Shown in pieces: positions 30,040-37,887 of a stretch of DNA of 61,192 bases. Source of the DNA: an uncultured Thermoplasmatales archaeon. GTDB lineage: Archaea; Thermoplasmatota; E2; UBA202; DSCA01. A model generated the notes under the pieces. It ran no database searches. It was given only the letters and a program-made list of their open reading frames with translations, and was not told where the DNA came from. Positions within the stretch are counted from its first letter, which is position 1. Each line of letters begins with the position of its first letter. Made by a program: the position numbers and the translations under genes. The stretch covers positions 1 through 61,192 of the forward strand of contig CAZESS010000011.1 in assembly GCA_964514975.1 (NCBI GenBank), read 5' to 3'.

Positions 30040-30984
30040 GTGATGCTGCAGAAAAGGATTGTAGACGGGCACATCAGCGAAGAAGGCCCTAAAATTAACG
30101 AGGAAATGCTACAGAAAAAAATCCAGAAATATACAGATATATATCTTAAAAAGCTGCCCGATGACGCCATGCAGATACGACCCCGCTCAATAACCTGCCT
30201 GCCGTACGATGTCGGTTTTGATGATGTGATAGGCATCGAAGACGGCAAACAAATTATTGCTGACCTTCTTGACCTTCTCCAAGATGAGACAGCCATCCAG
30301 AAATACCATATCGAACTGCCATCGGGCATCCTACTGCATGGCCCTCCTGGCTGCGGTAAAACACATTTCGCCCGAGCCATAGCGGGTACATGGCATGTTC
30401 CACTGATCCGTATATCACCCGCAGACCTTATGAGCCGGTGGTCAGGCGAAACCGAGAGCAACATCCGGCAACTCTTCATTTACGCACGATACCTCTCCCC
30501 CTGCGTCCTCTTCCTCGACGAACTCGACGGACTTGGACGTAGCAGAAGCAACGTCAGAACCCGCTTTGAACAGATGGACTTGAGCCAGTTGCTCATCGGC
30601 GTGGAAAAAACGCATGGATGCCGACCTCCGGTTCTCATGCTTGGCGCTACGAACCGTCTCGATGACATAGACCCTGCATTGCGGAGGCCGGGTCGGTTTA
30701 CCAGAGAAATCTATGTCGGGCCGCCGAACCAATCACAGCGAGAAGCGCTACTACGCCACTATACCCGAAACAGACCGATTTCACCATCCGTTGACTATAC
30801 GGAGTTGGCAGAGCAGACCACAAACATGACCGGGGCAGACATCAAGCAGCTGTGCAACGATGCGGCCCGGCATGCATGGCGCAGGGCCAAACGAGAGGGT
30901 GGAAATGATGCTATAGGATTAGAAGATTTTACCGCAGTATTGCAACAGAATGATCAGCAAAAAACCTGCCTGATATATCAGTGA
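30040..30984 (+). CDS. Single-domain classical-clade AAA+ ATPase
   Basis: Walker A GPPGCGKT, pore loop SRWSGE, Walker [27 protein letters not shown], lid TGADI. Confidence 0.9.
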   Translation: MMLQKRIVDGHISEEGPKINEEMLQKKIQKYTDIYLKKLPDDAMQIRPRSITCLPYDVGFDDVIGIEDGKQIIADLLDLLQDETAIQKYHIELPSGILLHGPPGCGKTHFARAIAGTWHVPLIRISPADLMSRWSGETESNIRQLFIYARYLSPCVLFLDELDGLGRSRSNVRTRFEQMDLSQLLIGVEKTHGCRPPVLMLGATNRLDDIDPALRRPGRFTREIYVGPPNQSQREALLRHYTRNRPISPSVDYTELAEQTTNMTGADIKQLCNDAARHAWRRAKREGGNDAIGLEDFTAVLQQNDQQKTCLIYQ

Positions 30985-30993
30985 GGAATATAT

Positions 30994-31626
30994 ATGACAG
31001 TGATATTTAGCACCCTTGGATTTACGCCTGACGCCCTGTTACCTTTGATAACCCATTTTCCTGACGTGGAAAAGGTCGTGTTTTATTATTCGACGGAGAA
31101 GGAAGAGCGGGTGGTCAAAGCCAAGGAAGAAGTCATCAAGGTATGTGTGTCGCTTACCATCCCCGTTGAAGCAAATGAACTGGAAAACTATGTGGACATC
31201 ATCCCCATGATAAAACGGATGCGGGACGACCTACAGCAGTACGAGAGAGACAATGTGGTGTTCAACATCACGGGTGGAACGAAGGCCATGGCGGGGGCAG
31301 CCATTATTACGAGCATTTTGGAAGGCATACAGGTGGTGTTCAACGACTGGGAAAACAATAGAGTAGTGGAATATCCGGTGTTACGGATGCGGTATGAGGA
31401 TACGCTCACCAAGCGCCAAAAAGAAATCCTCAAATATATTCATCGCAAGGATGAGTGTAAATTCTCTGAAGTTGTCAAGAGTATGGGGGTGTCGAAGTCA
31501 ACGATTTCACATCATATCAGAGAACTTGAGGAGAAAGGGTTTATCGAGCGAAAGGCGATTAAAGAAGATAAACGAGAGCAGATTATCAGAGCGAAAGAAG
31601 TAGCAGAACTCGTAATAAACCGTTAG
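30994..31626 (+). CDS. CARF-wHTH transcriptional regulator (Csa3-like)
   Basis: Rossmann-like start VIFSTLGF, CARF motif FNITGGTK, C-terminal LTKRQKEIL...SKSTISHHIRELEEKGFI winged HTH. Confidence 0.85.
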   Translation: MTVIFSTLGFTPDALLPLITHFPDVEKVVFYYSTEKEERVVKAKEEVIKVCVSLTIPVEANELENYVDIIPMIKRMRDDLQQYERDNVVFNITGGTKAMAGAAIITSILEGIQVVFNDWENNRVVEYPVLRMRYEDTLTKRQKEILKYIHRKDECKFSEVVKSMGVSKSTISHHIRELEEKGFIERKAIKEDKREQIIRAKEVAELVINR

Positions 31627-31663
31627 ATATATAGCATAAGAATGACATTATGATTTGGTGAAT

Positions 31664-32422
31664 ATGATGGCTGGATGCGGTAACAATAAAAAATTTCAAG
31701 ATTGGTCAAGCATTGGCCAGTTGAAGCAAAACTTAAATCTCTCTCTTTCAGAACTACAGTTAGAGATTGATAGCACAGAGCCGATATACTATTATGTTTC
31801 AACATCTGTTATTAGGAAACCAACTAATGGCCATAGTTTTCTGCATACAAGTTGTGGGCCTAACTTTGAGGGAGGAATTTTAACTAATTTTACGTGCAGG
31901 CGAGACATCAGAACGTGGAATGTTGATGGGGGATGGCATAACAAATGGATAGCTGGTGTCACGGGTGTAAATGGAGCAAGCGATGAAAATCCCAATAGGA
32001 GATATCTATTCTATCTCATGCAAGTTGCAGAAATATATCATTCACAGATGGAAATATGGAGAAAAGAAAGCAACATACTAACTCAAGAGGTTAAGCAAAT
32101 CAAAAATGCGACTAAAAACCCGTTCGGTGACATATTTCCTCCCCTTCCAAACGCAAGCGATGATGACCAATACTGTGTTGAAAGCTATCAAAAACCGATA
32201 TCCAATCATGTACACTATAAGGATAATAAAGGATGGATGAAAGATATTAACTATCCACCAAATGATAGTACAAAACAGCAAGTATATCTTGTGGGCCATC
32301 CAAAGAGGAGTTATTTATGGTCAAAACCACTCATTTATTTAGAACGTGAGCAAAACTGGAGAAATAGAACCAATGACAACATACAACATTTTCTTACACA
32401 ATTATCTTCTGAAACAAAATAA
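31664..32422 (+). CDS. Nmad2-like (nucleotide-modification-associated domain 2) protein
   Basis: GPNFEGGILTNFTCRRDIR, WIAGVTG, LFYLMQV resemble the recalled Nmad2 pattern (PN..G..TL.TC...IR, W..G, L.Y.M.V); not HMM-verified. Confidence 0.6.
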   Translation: MMAGCGNNKKFQDWSSIGQLKQNLNLSLSELQLEIDSTEPIYYYVSTSVIRKPTNGHSFLHTSCGPNFEGGILTNFTCRRDIRTWNVDGGWHNKWIAGVTGVNGASDENPNRRYLFYLMQVAEIYHSQMEIWRKESNILTQEVKQIKNATKNPFGDIFPPLPNASDDDQYCVESYQKPISNHVHYKDNKGWMKDINYPPNDSTKQQVYLVGHPKRSYLWSKPLIYLEREQNWRNRTNDNIQHFLTQLSSETK

Positions 32423-32562
32423 ACGATAAAGAATATCGCATCCTTTGGTCTTGAATTAAAGAGGAGTATTCTTACCCTCAAATTTAGAAAACTGGGTATA
32501 TAGGGAAAGAAGTTGAGGAATTTCCGTAAACAATAAGGAGCAGATTTACAATCACTGGTACC

Positions 32563-33480
32563 ATGCCGAGCTATCTAATTCCATACCAAGACCCACGTAA
32601 GATCGAGGGGCATGAAGACCCCATGTTTGAGGAATACACCTATGGAGATATAGGCAGCAGAGGAAAAAAGTTGCTCAATAATGTCGATAAGGGTGACTAT
32701 CTGTTTTTCCACACCACCCAGAAAGGCAAGCGAGTTCTTACCTCATATTTTGTTGTCGAGAAAACAATGCCTGCAGACGAAGCCAAGCAAAACAAACTGA
32801 TCACGATGAAATACAAAAACCCACATCTGGATAGGGAAGAGATCTACGAGCACGACACACTCGCATTCGGCAACCCCATATTCTCCAACAACCTCAAAAG
32901 ACCGCTCGAACTCACCAAGGAACTATTACAGCAATTGTCCATAAAAACAACCTTCAATCGCACCCAAACAGAGCTCGGGCAAATATCATCAACGCTCCGC
33001 AGCTGGAGAGAACTGGGTGACGACGACATCGAATTTTTATTAAATAAAATAGCGGAGATAGAGGAACGGAGTTTTCTCCGCCACACACCCATATCCACGA
33101 AGGAAATAGAGCAACTTCGAGAAGAAGACATCGAAAACTTCATCGAAGAAAATCCAAAGGTTCTGGGAAACGATATCCAGCTACTTGAACGACAATATAC
33201 ACTGCAATCAGACCACCGAATTGACCTATTGTGCAAAGATAACAACGGCTACGTCGTAGTGGAGATAAAACTGGGTTCCATTGGCAGAGACGCCTACAAA
33301 CAAGTCAGGAAATACATGAAACAACTAAAAAAAGAAGAAGGCGAACAGGTGAGAGGCATCCTCGTATGCGCTGACATCCTCCCAGTTTTTGAAGACTATC
33401 TCATCAAACGAATAAACGAAGGAAAAGTCGAAGTCTACCTATACTCATGGAAATTTACCCTAAATCCGTTCAGGCCATAG
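32563..33480 (+). CDS. Nmad3-like domain fused to NucS-like PD-(D/E)XK endonuclease
   Basis: N-terminal HEDPMFEEYTYGD...KGDYLFF (Nmad3-like); C-terminal EEDIENFIEENP, RIDLLCKD, VVVEIK, QVRKY, VRGILV (NucS-type C-terminal nuclease). Confidence 0.75.
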   Translation: MPSYLIPYQDPRKIEGHEDPMFEEYTYGDIGSRGKKLLNNVDKGDYLFFHTTQKGKRVLTSYFVVEKTMPADEAKQNKLITMKYKNPHLDREEIYEHDTLAFGNPIFSNNLKRPLELTKELLQQLSIKTTFNRTQTELGQISSTLRSWRELGDDDIEFLLNKIAEIEERSFLRHTPISTKEIEQLREEDIENFIEENPKVLGNDIQLLERQYTLQSDHRIDLLCKDNNGYVVVEIKLGSIGRDAYKQVRKYMKQLKKEEGEQVRGILVCADILPVFEDYLIKRINEGKVEVYLYSWKFTLNPFRP

Positions 33481-33579
33481 CCAACTGATCCCGATAATCC
33501 GCTAGATCCCGTAGTCCTGATTGTTAATTAGTTAGATAGGGCTACGTAGAGAAAAATAGGGAGGAAAAAGGGAAAGCGG

Positions 33580-35190
33580 TTAGCTGCTCTTTTTCTGGCG
33601 TTCTCGCTTGCGGAGCTCAACCCGGCGTATTTTGCCGCTGATGGTCTTGGGGAGCTCGTCGACGAACTCTATCTCCCGCGGGTACTTGTAGGGCGCCGTC
33701 TCCTTTTTGACGAATGTCTGGAGCTCCGTGACGAGGTCGTCGCTGGGCTCATGCTGCTTGGCGAGGACGACATACGCCTTGACGATGTTGCCCCGTATCT
33801 CGTGCGGCGAGGCAACGACGGCTGCTTCCATCACGGCGGGATGCTTGACCAGCGCGTCCTCGACCTCGAAGGGACCGATGCGGTAGCCCGACGCTTTTAT
33901 GACATCGTCGGCGCGTCCCTCGAACCAGAAGTAGCCGTCCTCATCTTTTTTGGCGAGGTCGCCGGTCAGATACCAGCCGTTGACCGCCAGGTCATCCAGG
34001 TCTTCGCCGTTCCAGTAGCCCACCATCAGGCCGGGATGGTCGATGGGGACCGCTATCTGACCTATCTTGCCCGGAGGCAGCTCGTTGCCGTCTTCGTCGA
34101 TGATGGTGGCGCCTGAGCCGGGCATCGGCTTGCCCATGGAGCCGTATCTGACATCGATGCCGTGATAGTTGCAGACCAGGCCCGAGCTCTCCGTCTGCCC
34201 GTAGCCGTCATGTATCTGCAGGTCATATGCCCGCTTGAAGCGGTCGATGACCTCGCGGTTGAGTGCCTCGCCGGCGCTCAGGAACTTGGTCATCTCGGAC
34301 AGGTCGTATTCCTCGAGATCCTCCTGGGCCCACATGCGGTACTCGGTCGGGGTGGCGCAGAGCTTGTTGACCCCGTATTTTTCCATGAGACGGAGGAATT
34401 TCTGTGGGTCGAACCGGCCCCGATAGGTGACCTGTGATGCGCCGACGGTGACGGCAACGCCGAGCGGGCTCCAGAACCATTTCGCCCAGCCGGGAGAGGT
34501 GGTCGACCACAGCACCTCGTCAGGATGCGCGTCCCACCAGTACCGGGCGTTGGTTTTCAGGAAGCAGTACATCCATTTGTGGTCGTGGAGCACGCCCTTG
34601 GGGTCGCCCGTGGTTCCCGAGGTGTAGTTGATGGTCATGATGTCCTCGGCGTTGACGTCCTGCGGCTCGAGGTCTGCTGAGGCGTCGCTGACGAGGTCGT
34701 CGTAGCGCTGCCAGCCGTCACGTTCGCCGCCGACGATGATATAGTTTTTGAGCGGCGTTTTGTCGCGGACTTTGTCGACGTGCTCGGCGGCTGATGGCGA
34801 TGCGACGATGGTGGTCGCCTCGCAGTTGGTTGAACGGTATTCGATGTTTTTCTCCCGGAGCATCTCGGGGCAGGGCACGATGATGGCGCCTATCTTGAAT
34901 GCGCCGATCTGGGTGTAGAAGACCTCGGGCAGGCGGGGAAGCACGACCATGATGCGGTCGCCTTTTTCGACGCCCATCTTGAGGAGGGCGTTGGCCAGGC
35001 GGTTGGCCTCGTCGCGGAGCTCCCGGTAGGTGATGGCGTGCTCGTTTCCCTGGTCGTTCTCCCAGTATATTGCTACCTTGTCCGGGTTTTCTGCATGCTC
35101 GTCCACCGCCTTGGCGATGGTGTAATCCGCTGGAATATCCCATTCGAAATCCTGCATCCATTGTTCATAGTCGTCCATGGCTGTCACCAT
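33580..35190 (-). CDS. Short/medium-chain acyl-CoA synthetase (AMP-forming)
   Basis: YTSGTTGDPKG, YGQTE, YLTGD, GRADDVIK, PKTISGKIRR; start may be MDDY at 35178. Confidence 0.93.
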   Translation of the reverse strand: MVTAMDDYEQWMQDFEWDIPADYTIAKAVDEHAENPDKVAIYWENDQGNEHAITYRELRDEANRLANALLKMGVEKGDRIMVVLPRLPEVFYTQIGAFKIGAIIVPCPEMLREKNIEYRSTNCEATTIVASPSAAEHVDKVRDKTPLKNYIIVGGERDGWQRYDDLVSDASADLEPQDVNAEDIMTINYTSGTTGDPKGVLHDHKWMYCFLKTNARYWWDAHPDEVLWSTTSPGWAKWFWSPLGVAVTVGASQVTYRGRFDPQKFLRLMEKYGVNKLCATPTEYRMWAQEDLEEYDLSEMTKFLSAGEALNREVIDRFKRAYDLQIHDGYGQTESSGLVCNYHGIDVRYGSMGKPMPGSGATIIDEDGNELPPGKIGQIAVPIDHPGLMVGYWNGEDLDDLAVNGWYLTGDLAKKDEDGYFWFEGRADDVIKASGYRIGPFEVEDALVKHPAVMEAAVVASPHEIRGNIVKAYVVLAKQHEPSDDLVTELQTFVKKETAPYKYPREIEFVDELPKTISGKIRRVELRKRERQKKSS

Positions 35191-35391
35191 GGGCGATGAT
35201 GTGACATCGTCATTTAACCGTTTTGGTCATCCCGACAAAAGATGCAGGCAGCCGGTATACGTCGGCCGACCAGCGGGAATGCAGCCGGCGCCACATGCCG
35301 CCCCATAGAGGGTTTTTGTTCGATGAACGTTCCGCATCCTTCGGCGCTTGTACCACAGCCTTTATAACAAAGGGCGGGGCATAGTATCCCT

Positions 35392-35483
35392 GAAAGCAAA
35401 CGGGGCGGGCGAGACGCATGTTTTGCCTCCATGTCTCCCCTCTTTTTCCCTTTCTCGTCTTGCCCCGTTTCTTCGACTTTTTT
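35392..35483 (+). ncRNA. Putative structured small RNA (about 90 nt)
   Basis: TATA TTTATAA at 35361-35367; 5' GAAAGCAAACGGGGCGGGCGAGA pairs with 3' TCTCGTCTTGCCCCGTTTCTTC; followed by T6; no credible + strand CDS downstream. Confidence 0.5.
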
Positions 35484-35503
35484 ATTTCTGGCTGTCCGGC
35501 ACG

Positions 35504-35914
35504 TTACACGCCAAGGGTGAAGGGGCCCAGCAGCCATAATCCGGTGGACGCCGTCATGTCGTCAACCTCGACCACGAGCGAGGCCGGACCGAGGCCGACG
35601 GGGTACAATGCAACGGTGAATGCTTTCCCGGGCTCCAGGACGGCGGCGGTACCTGAGACGTCGCTGTCGATACACAGCGGCCCGGACACCGACATCCGCC
35701 ATGACAGGTTATACAGGGCAGCGATGCCGGCATTGGTCACGGTTATCCTGACGCCCAGGCCACCGGACACCGATATCTGCAACTCCGCTGCCTCATCGTG
35801 CTGCCCAACGATGTTTTCCATCGGATGGGCTATCCCCTGGATGGTTATGCCCGCGGGGTAGAGACAGAGCAGCGTCACCACGGCCAGGACTACACCTCCG
35901 ACGGTTTTGCCCAT
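35504..35914 (-). CDS. Small secreted beta-sandwich protein (paralog of 58382-58783)
   Basis: Signal peptide; GGLGVRITVTN, LEPG, GLG, LLGPFTL. Confidence 0.7.
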   Translation of the reverse strand: MGKTVGGVVLAVVTLLCLYPAGITIQGIAHPMENIVGQHDEAAELQISVSGGLGVRITVTNAGIAALYNLSWRMSVSGPLCIDSDVSGTAAVLEPGKAFTVALYPVGLGPASLVVEVDDMTASTGLWLLGPFTLGV

Positions 35915-36018
35915 CTATCCCACGTGTTTCATCCCCGCGAGGATACTATAACGTTTCGTGCATCGACCGTTGCCCCCGGCGGGCGGAAGGCTGCATATTT
36001 AAAAAACAAGGGCGTATT

Positions 36019-37305
36019 ATGTCCATGGTCAAGCTGGAGCGTTCCCTCAGCCTGTGGGAGGTCACCCTGATGAGCGTGGGCATCATCCTCGGCGCCGGGA
36101 TATACGTGCTCATCGGGAAGGCTGCCGGGCTCGCCGGCGACGCGGTCTGGCTGTCGTTCATCATCGCCGCCATCGTCGCCTCCTTCACGGGGCTGAGCTA
36201 CGCGGAGCTGTCATCCCGTTTTCCCGATGCAGGCGCCGAATATGTCTACGTGCAGCGGTCCTTCGGCCGGCGGCCCGCCTGGCTCATCGGCTGGCTCATC
36301 ATCGCCGGGAGCGTCATCGGGGGCGCCACCGTCGCCATCGGCTTCGCCAACTACTTTGCAGGCCTGTTCGGAACCGCGGTGATACCCGTCGCGTTCGGGG
36401 CGCTGCTCGTCTGCGGCGTCATCGTGTTCGCAGGCATCCAGGAAACCGCGTTTTTCACCATCGCTATCACGCTCATCGAGACCGCCGGACTGATCATCAT
36501 CATGGCCATCGGGCTGCCAAAGTTCGGCGAGCCGGCCGACTATGTCCAGATGGCGCATGGCATCGAGGGTATTCTCAAGGCGGGGGTGCTCATCTTTTTC
36601 AGCTACCTCGGTTTCGAGAGCATCGCCCGACTGGCCGAGGAGACAGAGGAACCCCGGAAAAACATCCCCAAGGCCATCGTGCTGTCCATCGCCATCACGA
36701 CCATCATATACATCCTGGTGGGCATCGCCGCCGTGAGCGTGCTGCCCGCCGAGGAGCTCGCAACCTCGGGCTCACCGCTCGCGGACATCGCCGAAACATG
36801 GCTGGGTCAGAAAAGCTTCTGGCTGCTCTCCCTGATCGCCCTGTTCTCGACGTTCAACACCGTGCTGGTGATGCTGCTGAGCGCCTCCCGGATGGTTTAC
36901 GGCATCGCCGACGAGCGTGCATTGCCGGATGTGTTCTGCCGGGTGTCATCGAAGACCCGGACGCCCTGGGCGGCGACCCTGGCCGTGACGGCGGGAGCGA
37001 TGCTGTTCCTGGCGCTCGGCGACGTCGAGATGGTGGCCAACCTGACGAATTTTACCGTCTTCGCCGTCTTCATCGCGGTCAACGCCGCCCTGATATATTT
37101 CAGGTTCAACCGGCCGGCCCGGGAGGGTTTCCGTGTCCCCGGCTCCATCGGCCGATTGCCCATCATTCCGGTGCTCGGCATCCTTGCCTCCATCTTCATG
37201 ATAACCAATCTGTCGCTGGAGGTGCTGCTGCTGGGCGCCAGTCTCATCGTCATCGGCCTGCTCATACAGGTGATGATGCGCCAGTTTGAAAAGAAAAGGT
37301 TTTAG
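36019..37305 (+). CDS. APC-family amino acid permease
   Basis: GIILGAGIY, YAELSSRFPDAGAEY, FFSYLGFE, SRMVYG, TPW; about 12 TM. Confidence 0.93.
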   Translation: MSMVKLERSLSLWEVTLMSVGIILGAGIYVLIGKAAGLAGDAVWLSFIIAAIVASFTGLSYAELSSRFPDAGAEYVYVQRSFGRRPAWLIGWLIIAGSVIGGATVAIGFANYFAGLFGTAVIPVAFGALLVCGVIVFAGIQETAFFTIAITLIETAGLIIIMAIGLPKFGEPADYVQMAHGIEGILKAGVLIFFSYLGFESIARLAEETEEPRKNIPKAIVLSIAITTIIYILVGIAAVSVLPAEELATSGSPLADIAETWLGQKSFWLLSLIALFSTFNTVLVMLLSASRMVYGIADERALPDVFCRVSSKTRTPWAATLAVTAGAMLFLALGDVEMVANLTNFTVFAVFIAVNAALIYFRFNRPAREGFRVPGSIGRLPIIPVLGILASIFMITNLSLEVLLLGASLIVIGLLIQVMMRQFEKKRF

Positions 37306-37329
37306 AGTAACGCTCCGTTGTCTGGCACA

Positions 37330-37851
37330 ATGGACCTGATGCAGGTGCTGCTGGACGCGATGGGCAACCCCCTGTCCTACTCCATCATCTTTTTCATCTA
37401 TGTCGTCCTCGCCGCCGTCATTCTGCCCATCCCGGTGGAGCTCGGCCTGTTCAACCCTGAGCTGCCCCCGCCGCTGCGATGGATGCTGCCCATTGCTATC
37501 CTTGCCGCCGGCAAGGGAGTCGGTGCCTACATCGTCTTCAACATCGGGTCGCGCGCACGGAAAAAGCTCAAGGCGTTCTCGAAAGGCGGACGGCTCACCA
37601 CGCGCATCGTCGAGGCAGCGGAGCGCTTCGTCCGCCGCTACGGCCACATCGGCCTGTTCGTCATCATGAGCACACCGCTGATGGTCGACTCCGTGTCCCT
37701 CTACCTGTTTTCGCTGCTGAACCCGCATGAGCAGGAGGATGCGGCGCTGGCCGAGCGAAACTTCGTGCTCATCAACGTCGCGGCCGGCGCCGTCCGGGGT
37801 ATCATCATTCTTGCCGTTGCGGCGCTGGTTGGCATCCGGCTGACCGGCTGA
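37330..37851 (+). CDS. DedA/VTT-like membrane protein
   Basis: ILPIPVE, GKGVGAYIVF, FVRRYG, PLM.D motifs; hydrophobic helices. Confidence 0.65.
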   Translation: MDLMQVLLDAMGNPLSYSIIFFIYVVLAAVILPIPVELGLFNPELPPPLRWMLPIAILAAGKGVGAYIVFNIGSRARKKLKAFSKGGRLTTRIVEAAERFVRRYGHIGLFVIMSTPLMVDSVSLYLFSLLNPHEQEDAALAERNFVLINVAAGAVRGIIILAVAALVGIRLTG

Positions 37852-37887
37852 GGGAAAATAAAAAAAGCGCGGCGGCATTCATGTTGT

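Larger units (their letters stand above)
29921..33540 (+). other. AT-rich accessory island (putative defence locus) between glyS and an acyl-CoA synthetase
   Basis: Abrupt visible drop in GC and shift to A/T-ending codons; four co-oriented genes; no integrase or clear att repeats seen. Confidence 0.75.

Noticed and set aside
30040-30984. IetAS-type defence (AAA ATPase + S8 peptidase)
   Set aside because: The only S8 gene is about 25 kb away, secreted and multidomain.
29900-33590. att-like direct repeats bounding the island (AGCGGTAAGC vs AGCGGTTAGC)
   Set aside because: Short, imperfect, both overlap stop codons; no integrase.
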